In this document: positions 30,536-39,291 of the stretch, piece by piece | Layout: every line of letters begins with the position of its first letter | Numbering within the stretch: the stretch's first letter is position 1 | Assembly (NCBI GenBank): GCA_013150915.1 | Contig: JAADJE010000084.1 | Location: 136-64,135, forward strand | DNA length: 64,000 bases | Reading direction: 5' to 3' | Source: Gammaproteobacteria bacterium | GTDB lineage: Bacteria > Pseudomonadota > Gammaproteobacteria > BMS3Bbin11 | Made by a program: the position numbers and the translations under genes | The notes under the pieces: generated by a model | The model's database searches: none | The model's input: only the letters and a program-made list of their open reading frames with translations | What the model was told of the DNA's origin: nothing

Positions 30536-32482
30536 ATGAACGTAGTGATATTTTCTGGAGGACGTGGTTCAACAGTGCTATCGAAGCGACTGGTCAGGCA
30601 ACCGGGGCTTTCGCTAACGGTGTTGATCAATGGTTACGATGACGGCGCATCAACGGGTGAGGTCCGCCGTTTTCTGGGGGATTGCCTGGGGCCCTCGGAT
30701 TTCCGTAAGAATGCTTCCCGCTTCGCCAGCGAACTGAATACCTGCGAGTGCGCGCTGATAGACTTATTTGATCTGCGCCTCCCCATGGGGCTGTCTGATC
30801 AGGATGGTATAAGCACCGTCAAACTGCTGGTAGCGCAGCACATCGATAAATTGCCCCCTGCGGTTAATGCTGTCAGATCTGTGGCACAACGGTTGAGTGC
30901 GGAAACACTGGCAAGGGTTGCGGACAGGCTGGGACACTTTCTCTCAATAGTCAAATCAGGTGGCTTTGCATTTGCTGATTGTGCCATTGGCAACCTGGTA
31001 TTTGCAGGTTGTTATCTGTCAGAAGGGCGAAATTTTAACCGAGCAGTCAATAATTATTGTGGCCTCATGGGCCTGCCTGATGGATTGATCGTTAATGTTA
31101 CCAATGGTGAAAATCTCTTCCTGGTAGCACTGGACAGGAGCAACCATTTCCTTGCCAGTGAAGAAGCCATTGTTGATTCGGCCCGAAAAAATCATATTGA
31201 AGATATCTACCTGATTGCTCACCCCATCGGGGAATCAGAAAAGACCTTATTGGAAAAAATGGACAAAGTGGCCGTTATGGAATGGTTGCAGCAACGCTCC
31301 ATTGCCCCAGTAGCGAATCCGGCTGCGCTGGAGGTGCTGGAAAGGGCTGATCTGATTATTTATTCTCCCGGTACACAGCACTCAAGTCTTTACCCCTCCT
31401 ACATGACCCCTAAAATTGGTCTTGCAATCACGGCCAACTTCAAGGCGATCAAGCTATTGATCACCAACATCTACGAAGATGCAGAGATTACGAACTATCA
31501 GGCCGTTGATATCGCCGATCGTGCTCGGTTCTATCTGCGCGAAAAAGACAGGAGGGATTATCCAGATCCACTGCTGGTGACACATTCGCTGATCAATTAC
31601 CCGGACCAGGCCCGAAGCAGTACTGCTCATATTGCACCCGGTGACCTCGGCCTGATTGATGACCCACGTGCTATTCGTATTGGGGAATACGAAGATGCTT
31701 CTTCTGGATTTCATGATGCAGATAAAGCGCTGACGCCATTTATCAATACTATCTTCCGCCAGAGGCAGAGCCTGAAATTGGCGGTTTTGATGCAGGAAGC
31801 GATATCTGCCGATAAAATCACCCAGAGTGTGTTGCAAATGCTCCGTCATGGCACAGCGGAACAACTGCAGAAGATAGACCTCCTCAGCGAATTGGAATCG
31901 CCCTTGCCGAGCTCATTGCAAGAGCGCCTGCCTTTCCAGACTATTCATGTTCTGCCTGAGGATATCCAGCAATTCCTGTCAGAATCAGATTATGACTATG
32001 TCGTACTTTTTGAATCCTCCGGGATGTATCACGGCGGTGATATCATGAAGCTGATTAGTGTCCTTGAATCCAGTGACCTGGATGCAGTGTGGGGAAGTCG
32101 GAGGCTGTCAGTAAATGATATTCATGATTCCTACCGTCTACGTTTCCAGCATCGGCACATTATTGGTGCAATCAGTTATCTTGGCAGCCATTTACTCAGC
32201 CTGGTCTATCTGTTTTTATTCGGCCGCTACATCTCCGATTCGTTGTCGGGGGTACGCGTAATCCGTAAAAACCTGTTGGTAGAGATCCCCTTTAATCAGG
32301 AACCAACGATTTATAACCAGCAATTGCTCTCCGGTATCTTAAGAAAAAGAGGTGAAGTACTGGAAATGCCCGTACGTTTTTTTTCCCAGTCTCCGAAAAA
32401 GGTCAAGCGGACGACGATAATAGACGGACTGAAAGCTCTAGGGGTAATCCTGAAGAATCGCCTGTTTGGCCAACACGGATGA
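30536..32482 (+). CDS. YvcK/CofD (UPF0052)-like domain fused to a degenerate GT2 (DPM-synthase-like) domain
   Basis: FSGGRG, GYDDGASTG, PSDFRK, IGNL, ADLIIYSPGT..SSLYPS (YvcK-type motifs); C-terminal AVWGSR, ISDSLSG, EMPVRF (GT2-type) with FESSG in place of DxD. Confidence 0.8.
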   Translation: MNVVIFSGGRGSTVLSKRLVRQPGLSLTVLINGYDDGASTGEVRRFLGDCLGPSDFRKNASRFASELNTCECALIDLFDLRLPMGLSDQDGISTVKLLVAQHIDKLPPAVNAVRSVAQRLSAETLARVADRLGHFLSIVKSGGFAFADCAIGNLVFAGCYLSEGRNFNRAVNNYCGLMGLPDGLIVNVTNGENLFLVALDRSNHFLASEEAIVDSARKNHIEDIYLIAHPIGESEKTLLEKMDKVAVMEWLQQRSIAPVANPAALEVLERADLIIYSPGTQHSSLYPSYMTPKIGLAITANFKAIKLLITNIYEDAEITNYQAVDIADRARFYLREKDRRDYPDPLLVTHSLINYPDQARSSTAHIAPGDLGLIDDPRAIRIGEYEDASSGFHDADKALTPFINTIFRQRQSLKLAVLMQEAISADKITQSVLQMLRHGTAEQLQKIDLLSELESPLPSSLQERLPFQTIHVLPEDIQQFLSESDYDYVVLFESSGMYHGGDIMKLISVLESSDLDAVWGSRRLSVNDIHDSYRLRFQHRHIIGAISYLGSHLLSLVYLFLFGRYISDSLSGVRVIRKNLLVEIPFNQEPTIYNQQLLSGILRKRGEVLEMPVRFFSQSPKKVKRTTIIDGLKALGVILKNRLFGQHG

Positions 32483-33135
32483 TTTCACTTCAGCCCCCTA
32501 TTGAATACCTTATATTCGACCTGGACGGCGTGTTAATCGACTCATCCCCCTGCCATCGGGCGGCCTATCAGAAACTCTGGGATAAACTTGGAATCCACGG
32601 GCCAAAATATAGCAGTATTGCCGGTAAAAGGACGGCTGATGTTGTTTCAGCCATCACTCAGTCTCTGGCGCCCACAGAAACAGAAATCAACGAATGGGTG
32701 ATATTCAAGCAGAAAATGGCGCGACAGGAGATGGAACACGACCTTAAGGTTTGTTCGGGTGCAGTGGAGATCATTAATAGACTTCATGCTGAGGGTTGGC
32801 GCATGTCTGTCGCAACGGGGGCATCACGGACATCCGCACTTCTGGCGCTAGGAAGCCTGGGCCTTACGGCGTGTTTCGACTTTATTGTAACGGCCGATGA
32901 AGTGATCCAGGGCAAACCCGACCCTTTGGTGTTTAATGAAGTACTGAGAGGATCCAGGGTTCCTGCGGAAAAAGCCCTGGTCCTGGAAGACAGTCAATCG
33001 GGTGTAGACGCTGCTATAGCGGCGGGCATTCGGGTCTGTACGGTTCACACTGGCGTGCGTTCAGATGCTGACTTGTTCATGGGCGCCTACGCTAATTTGA
33101 ATGAAGGGTTGATCGAGCTGGGGGTATTTCAGTGA
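32479..33135 (+). CDS. HAD-superfamily phosphatase (beta-PGM-like)
   Basis: FDLDGVLID, ATG, GKPDP, LEDSQSG; ATGA overlap with the upstream gene. Confidence 0.92.
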   Translation: MISLQPPIEYLIFDLDGVLIDSSPCHRAAYQKLWDKLGIHGPKYSSIAGKRTADVVSAITQSLAPTETEINEWVIFKQKMARQEMEHDLKVCSGAVEIINRLHAEGWRMSVATGASRTSALLALGSLGLTACFDFIVTADEVIQGKPDPLVFNEVLRGSRVPAEKALVLEDSQSGVDAAIAAGIRVCTVHTGVRSDADLFMGAYANLNEGLIELGVFQ

Positions 33136-33875
33136 AGATACTGATCGTTCCAGCGGCAGGGCGTGGGTCGCGTCTGGGTTACGATAAGCCGAAGTTTCTC
33201 TATCCATTATGTGGCAAACCCTTGATTGATCATGTGCTGAATTTACACTGTCGTTTTGTTGATGAGGCCGTGGTTGTGGTGAGTGGTGATGCGTTTGAAC
33301 TGGCGCAGGAATATTTCAGAAACGCAGAATTGCCCATCAGGCTCGTCGTTCAGGATAAGCCTACCGGTATGCTGGATGCAATTCTTGAGGCCGGGAAAGC
33401 CGTGCGCAAAATCCATCCCGATAGAATATGGATTACATGGTGTGATCAAATCGCCATACAAACTGAGACCCTGGACCGTATGAAGGGGCTTGAGGAGAAA
33501 AGCGATCCGGCCATGATTGTTCCGATAATCCGGAAGACATCACCTTATATTCATTTTGATATGGATGATAAAGGACAGATATGTCGTGTCCTGCAACGTC
33601 GAGAAGGGGATGAGATGCCGGATGTCGGCAATAATGACATGGGACTATTTTCCCTGTCGCTCACCGCTTTTCAGCAGCTGGAAAATGATTTTTCATCCTC
33701 CCCGGAAATCGGTGGAGCAACCGGAGAGCGTAATTTTCTACCCTTTATTCCCTGGCTTGCCGGGCGGGAAAGGGTGATGCTAATGAGGGGAACGGACGAA
33801 ATGGAGACTGTCGGTGTCAACACTCCTGATGATGTATGCCGGCTAGCGCAACAGTTATGTGGTGAGAATTACTAA
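33132..33875 (+). CDS. Sugar-phosphate nucleotidyltransferase (GlmU N-domain-like, stand-alone)
   Basis: PAAGRGSRLG..PK, QDKPTG, WCDQ, GVNT; GTGA overlap with the upstream gene. Confidence 0.88.
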   Translation: MKILIVPAAGRGSRLGYDKPKFLYPLCGKPLIDHVLNLHCRFVDEAVVVVSGDAFELAQEYFRNAELPIRLVVQDKPTGMLDAILEAGKAVRKIHPDRIWITWCDQIAIQTETLDRMKGLEEKSDPAMIVPIIRKTSPYIHFDMDDKGQICRVLQRREGDEMPDVGNNDMGLFSLSLTAFQQLENDFSSSPEIGGATGERNFLPFIPWLAGRERVMLMRGTDEMETVGVNTPDDVCRLAQQLCGENY

Positions 33876-33909
33876 AAAATTAAAAAGAAACTTTTTGTAG
33901 CCCGGCGAC

Positions 33910-35949
33910 TCAACAACCCGTCTGGCCTTTACACGGGGTGCCAAATTCTAACTGACTCATTCTCCACAGTCTCCCTTTCCTCGGGACAACGATCTCTATT
34001 TTTATCGCATCAAGCTGGACAGGTTCAAACCAGAAAGTCTGGTGCATACCGCCGTAGACCGGGTGTTTTTTTCGGAACCGGACCCTGTCAAAATGCTGCA
34101 CCCTCTTGTCTACAATAACTGTCCAGGAGTCCCCTCTTCGACCGAGTATTCTGATTGACCTGGCGGTCTCGTCGGGAAGGTCTGGATAGATAAAGGGATA
34201 AACCAGTGTCACCCGCTGGACGGTACGCAGGGGTTTAAACTCTGCCTGTAACCACATGCCCGCCTTCTGCTCAGAGCCACTACTCCAGGAACTGCGCACA
34301 TTACCGTCACCGAGGTTTTCCAGGCCCGACCCCTGAGTGCTGCTGTTTAGCGAATAGGCCCGGCTGGAAATTCGGGTATCCACATCGCCCTGTTTATGGT
34401 GAAAATCCTCGTAGGTATAGAATGGCCCAACATTCCACCTCGAATAGGAGATATTCTGTTCTTTCATGTGCCGCTCAAATGCGGTAATGGGTAACCTTGT
34501 ATCGTAGCCGTGTGTGAGGACATAGCGGGCGTTTGGTGATTTATCGACAACATCCTTGTATGGAATCGGCCAGCCGAGAAAGCGCTCATTGTAGGGTGGT
34601 GCACATACAATTTTCTCATCCGTTCGAAAGATTATTCGATACCCCAGCCAGAACGAGGCATAACAACGGTCAATGCCTTTCTTCTTCAGCGCCTCGATTA
34701 AGGGAATGATTCCGGGTGTTTTTGCTATCTCCCCTGCAAACTGTGGTGTACGCCAGGAACGTATTACCTCTATAGAGCTTGCTATATTGAACAGCCCCAG
34801 GCCCACGGCGACCGTACCCACAACATAGCGTAATTTTCTCCCGGCAATTGAAAAGGCATAGCCAAACAAAAAGGGAAAGAAGATTACCGGAACCAGCAGA
34901 TACCTGTACGACTCCGGACCCGCACGCTCACTGAAGGCAAACAGGACAATGGCAATGAGACTGGAGCCCAGAAAGAAATCCTGGGTATCAAGATAAGGCC
35001 AACGACCCTGTTTAACATGGCGAACAAACCGGATCAGTCTATGAAAAAATACAACAAGGACCAGTAGCGAATAAGCGACGGCAAAAATATTCCTCAATAG
35101 GGGTAATTGCCCCAGGTGGGCGGTAAAATCGGGAAACAGCACCGGGTTGACGCCCATCGCGCCAGGCAGTACCTGACTGAGAGCTGGGTCCCACAGACGC
35201 TGGATCACTTCAAGGATTGGTCGGGTTTTTGAGACGGCTTCCTGTGCGTGGGGGTAGAGCACAATAGAAAGAATAAAGGGGACAAGTCCTATCAATGCCC
35301 CAAACAGAAAGCTGCCCGTACGCTTCGCAGCATCCACCAGACTTCGACCCAGCAGTATCAAAATAAAAGCGGGAAGTATGTAGGAAATTGCCAGCATGTG
35401 TACGCTAAAGGCCGTCCCGGCTACGATTCCGATAACCAGGAACAGACGGTAAGCTTGAGAGGAATTGAAAGACGCGGCCAACAGATAAGAGGTTACCCAG
35501 GCAAAGGTAATACTGGTCGCATAATTTGGTGGCACATATCCCGACTGGAGGATCAGGAAGTAGGCAGAGGGGAAAAGAACCAGGAGAAACGCCGGCCATT
35601 GGCTGTCTTTGGGCAGGACCTTTTTAACGAGGAAAAAAAATCCGCCCAGGGAGAGCAGGCCAAGGAACAAGGTTAGATAGCGGGCACCGACAACGTTTCT
35701 GGGCATCCACTCCACCAGGGGCGCCATTAAATAACCCTCTATCGGGAACAGATAGGGTGTTCCACTGATCAATAGCGGCCACTCGCCTCGGGCCACCTGC
35801 TTGGCGATCAAAACGGTCAGGGCCTCGTCTCCGGTAACAGGCAGGTGGGTGATGCTGGTCCAGATAAAGAATACGCGCAGGCCCAGTGCCATCAACAAAA
35901 CCGCGCCGAAGACGAGAATTACAGATCGCTTTTCAGATAAAAAACGCAT
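33910..35949 (-). CDS. GT-C (ArnT/PMT-like) membrane glycosyltransferase with C-terminal discoidin/F5-8-like domain
   Basis: First loop TGDEA, about 10-12 TM helices, YRYLL; C-terminal DG...SWSS..QKAGMWLQAEF and IKIEI..WRMSQL discoidin pattern. Confidence 0.75.
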   Translation of the reverse strand: MRFLSEKRSVILVFGAVLLMALGLRVFFIWTSITHLPVTGDEALTVLIAKQVARGEWPLLISGTPYLFPIEGYLMAPLVEWMPRNVVGARYLTLFLGLLSLGGFFFLVKKVLPKDSQWPAFLLVLFPSAYFLILQSGYVPPNYATSITFAWVTSYLLAASFNSSQAYRLFLVIGIVAGTAFSVHMLAISYILPAFILILLGRSLVDAAKRTGSFLFGALIGLVPFILSIVLYPHAQEAVSKTRPILEVIQRLWDPALSQVLPGAMGVNPVLFPDFTAHLGQLPLLRNIFAVAYSLLVLVVFFHRLIRFVRHVKQGRWPYLDTQDFFLGSSLIAIVLFAFSERAGPESYRYLLVPVIFFPFLFGYAFSIAGRKLRYVVGTVAVGLGLFNIASSIEVIRSWRTPQFAGEIAKTPGIIPLIEALKKKGIDRCYASFWLGYRIIFRTDEKIVCAPPYNERFLGWPIPYKDVVDKSPNARYVLTHGYDTRLPITAFERHMKEQNISYSRWNVGPFYTYEDFHHKQGDVDTRISSRAYSLNSSTQGSGLENLGDGNVRSSWSSGSEQKAGMWLQAEFKPLRTVQRVTLVYPFIYPDLPDETARSIRILGRRGDSWTVIVDKRVQHFDRVRFRKKHPVYGGMHQTFWFEPVQLDAIKIEIVVPRKGRLWRMSQLEFGTPCKGQTGC

Positions 35950-35969
35950 TAAATTGAGGGATCAACAGA

Positions 35970-36707
35970 TCAGGGAAGTCTACGGAATCTGAACCTGAGA
36001 AAGGTGATCAAGGCAATAAAAAAGTCCGTGGCCTTTATCTTTTTTCCATCTTCTACACTCCTGGGATAGTAGTGGATCGGCAGCTCTATGATTTTGATAT
36101 TGCTCCTGACCAGGAAGGTCGTCAATTCATGATCTGTCTCAAATCCGCTGGTTACGATCTTATATGAGCGAATCAACTTACCGGGATAAAGTTTATAGGC
36201 CGTTAAGGTATCGGTAATCCACTTACCCAGTAGCATAAAGGCAAAGACCGTAAGCACGCGGTTGGCAAACCAGTTGACGAACTTCTGATCCCTGTGCTTG
36301 CTCTTGATGAGCTTTCCCTCCGGAGAGAACACACACTGGCCTAGCAGGCGGCTACCATAAATGGACGTGTGCTCAGGGTCATGGCTCGCCGCCTCAATCA
36401 TAGGAATGTAGTCGTTTGGCTCATACTCAAGATCCGCGTCCTGCACCAGCACCCAGTCGCCTGTAGAAACCGATATCCCCCGCTTGACCGCTGAACCCTT
36501 TCCACGGTTTTCCGGCTGCAGGTAATAGGACACATTCTTGTGTTGTTTGACTATCTCACCGGTTCGATCGCTGGAACAGTCGTCAACGACAATCACTTCC
36601 TTATTCACTCCGACAGATTCCAGATCCACCCGGCCAATCTTCTCCAACAGCGTTCCAATAGAGGCTTCTTCATTATAGGCAGGAATGACTATAGAAAGTA
36701 TTCTCAT
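35970..36707 (-). CDS. GT2 polyprenol-phosphate glycosyltransferase (DPM1-like)
   Basis: IVIPAYNEE, VDDCSSD, NRGKG, QDADLEY, YGSR, GKKI. Confidence 0.92.
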   Translation of the reverse strand: MRILSIVIPAYNEEASIGTLLEKIGRVDLESVGVNKEVIVVDDCSSDRTGEIVKQHKNVSYYLQPENRGKGSAVKRGISVSTGDWVLVQDADLEYEPNDYIPMIEAASHDPEHTSIYGSRLLGQCVFSPEGKLIKSKHRDQKFVNWFANRVLTVFAFMLLGKWITDTLTAYKLYPGKLIRSYKIVTSGFETDHELTTFLVRSNIKIIELPIHYYPRSVEDGKKIKATDFFIALITFLRFRFRRLP

Positions 36708-36864
36708 GGTGTCTTTCTGCTCAGTGATAAGAAAATCCGTCTGACACAACCCCTGCACGTGCTACCAGGTAGGTAGACAGCATTCTCCGTAGCCACGAAA
36801 AAGTGGAATTATGGAATGCTTCAACACATCATTTCATAGGGCATTAAAATGCATTACAAACACA

Positions 36865-39060
36865 CTAGAACCTGAGTCCAACTGTCGTAAACACGGACAG
36901 TCCTTTCCCAATATAACTGGTATTTTCCGGGGTATCGCGATAGGTCAACGTCGTGCCGACCTGGGTACGACGGTTCAGATTCATCCTATAAAAGGCTTCA
37001 AAATCGATTTCCCTGCCCTCTGGGGCAAGCGAAACACGTGTTCGGCTATTAATAACATTGCGCTGACTGTCGAGTGACTGTGGCACAAGGAGATCAGCAC
37101 TGCCGTTGCTAATACGCAGAGGGCTGGACACAGCGAATCCTGCACGGTCATTATAACGGAACAGGCTCTTGCCGATTATCCCGGTTCCCCATGAATAGCT
37201 TCTTAACGTTGTAAAACTCTGCAGGAATGAGCCTCGCTGCTGCTTTACGCCGGTAAATCCTTCGGTAAAGCTACCAAACAGGGAAAATTTATCAAATATT
37301 CGGTACTGCCCGGTCAGGCCAATTGCAGTGGTGTTGGCATTCGCGACACTGAAGGCGCCACTCGACGCGCCACCAAGCAGGTTCCCGTCTTCAAAAAGGT
37401 TGTTTACACGTAATGAAACACTCATTTTTTCAGTTGGGGAATAACTGCCCTGCAGCATCACCGCCTCACTGCTTAGTCTGTTTTGCTTATTATTATTTAG
37501 ACGATTGGCGCCAAACTGGAACGAAAGTTTTTTACTGGCCTTATAGCCCATGCTGACATTATCGGAACGATTGCCGAAACCCATATACTGTAAGCCATAT
37601 GAGCTGGCCCAGATAAAGTTCTCACTTAATGATAAATTCCCGACCTTATCGAACCCGCTTGAAGGCGTATAGTTATGCTGAAGATTGAATGAAAAACCAC
37701 TGTTAAAACTTCCCGCCACTTTCATTGAAAGATCGCGGTCCCTTACCTCATCGTAGTTCTCAAGGAAAGGATCTGAATCCTTCAAAAAAACATAATCTGC
37801 CGGGTTAGTCGCCCGTGTGTGTAGAGACATTGAAAGATTATCAGACATGATGACATCTACAGTACGTGTCTGACGATCAAACATATTCATAACATTGAAC
37901 AATGTTGGTGCGCTGTTTTGTACATTTAAGGTCTGGTTCAAATTCATGATATACGGACGGTTGTACTTATCAAAAACCAGTGTCTTTTCAAGGTCTTTTT
38001 CTGCTTTTTTATTCTCGCTCCAGAAATATGCCAGCCCACCACCAACAGCCAGGGCGGCTATTCCTACGCCCAGTCCGCCGCTGGAGCCACTTGAGGATGC
38101 TCCAACACCGCCCTGTGCTGCAAGTGCCGCACCGACGTTCAACATGCCGTGCCCGTAGATCGCATCAACACCCGGCGCGCCAAGATCCGTAGCACTGTTA
38201 AACAGAATTTCCACCACCTGCTGGCTAGTAAGCTCAGGGTTTTGTGCCAGTATCAATGCTGCCGCACCGGCCACATGTGGTGTTGCAACGGATGTGCCTG
38301 TCCAGGTTACATAGCTCGTATTGCCACGATTACCCGGCGCATAAATACTCAGGCCCGGCGCCACCATATAGACAGCTGCAGCACCGCCCGCACGATTTGA
38401 CATATCAAGAAGGGTGTTATTTTGTCCTGTTCCGCCCACAATGATGCCACCCCCATTAAACTGGCCATAGACTGAGGGAGGAATATCCGGGTTTGCCTGA
38501 CTGTCATTTCCAGCTCTAATTATCACGAGCTTCCCGGCTTTTGTGGCATTTATGATTGCGCTATTCTGAGGCTCGGAAAAAATGGTGCCTGCGGTAAATG
38601 TGATTACACGCACATCACTGCGGGCAGCGGCCCGGTTAAATCCTGCTGCCGCGGCATCTGAACCGGCAAAGCGGTTTGAATCTGTGACACGTATCGGCAG
38701 GATTGATGCATCATAAGCGACACCGATAATACCCTGGCCATTAAAATTCGAGGCGATAATTCCCGCGACAGATGTGCCATGGCCACCACCCGTATCCACA
38801 TCACCGACATCACCCCCTGCAGCTATTCTCCCAAGCAACTCAACGTGAGTAACATTCACCCCAGAGTCCAGCGTAGCAATGGTAATCCCACTGCCTGTTG
38901 TATTGCTCCAGGCGGGAAACACGTTAACGAAACGGAGACCGTATTGCTTGAGGAATTCCTCCGAAGCGGGATCAGGTAATGCCTGTGCCAGTGCGCGACC
39001 GGATAAAGTAAGCAAACAGGCCATAAAAATTACCCTGGAGGGAGCAGATTTAAACGTCAT
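36865..39060 (-). CDS. Subtilisin-like S8 serine protease with C-terminal beta-barrel-like region
   Basis: Signal peptide; triad LDSG / HGTSVAG / GTSVATPHVAG; AGN oxyanion; amphipathic beta C-terminus ending in Phe. Confidence 0.88.
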   Translation of the reverse strand: MTFKSAPSRVIFMACLLTLSGRALAQALPDPASEEFLKQYGLRFVNVFPAWSNTTGSGITIATLDSGVNVTHVELLGRIAAGGDVGDVDTGGGHGTSVAGIIASNFNGQGIIGVAYDASILPIRVTDSNRFAGSDAAAAGFNRAAARSDVRVITFTAGTIFSEPQNSAIINATKAGKLVIIRAGNDSQANPDIPPSVYGQFNGGGIIVGGTGQNNTLLDMSNRAGGAAAVYMVAPGLSIYAPGNRGNTSYVTWTGTSVATPHVAGAAALILAQNPELTSQQVVEILFNSATDLGAPGVDAIYGHGMLNVGAALAAQGGVGASSSGSSGGLGVGIAALAVGGGLAYFWSENKKAEKDLEKTLVFDKYNRPYIMNLNQTLNVQNSAPTLFNVMNMFDRQTRTVDVIMSDNLSMSLHTRATNPADYVFLKDSDPFLENYDEVRDRDLSMKVAGSFNSGFSFNLQHNYTPSSGFDKVGNLSLSENFIWASSYGLQYMGFGNRSDNVSMGYKASKKLSFQFGANRLNNNKQNRLSSEAVMLQGSYSPTEKMSVSLRVNNLFEDGNLLGGASSGAFSVANANTTAIGLTGQYRIFDKFSLFGSFTEGFTGVKQQRGSFLQSFTTLRSYSWGTGIIGKSLFRYNDRAGFAVSSPLRISNGSADLLVPQSLDSQRNVINSRTRVSLAPEGREIDFEAFYRMNLNRRTQVGTTLTYRDTPENTSYIGKGLSVFTTVGLRF

Positions 39061-39291
39061 AGAACACACCATAATTTAGGTTTTGGACTGATATTTTTTA
39101 TTATGCGAACGTAAAAAAGTGGCTCATTATAAGCACTTTACCCCTTAAACTCCATTACTAATCCAAACCTTGTTTTGTCGATATACAGCTAACCGGGTCC
39201 CGTACACGCTGTTTATACCCACGACTCTAAACTGCCGTATTTTTTATCACGACAGACGTTTGTATGGAGACATAAGCCAGCTGGCCCCAAC

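Noticed and set aside
30536-32482. F420 biosynthesis (cofD) call
   Set aside because: Motifs are closer to YvcK, and no cofE/cofG/cofH/fbiC in the window
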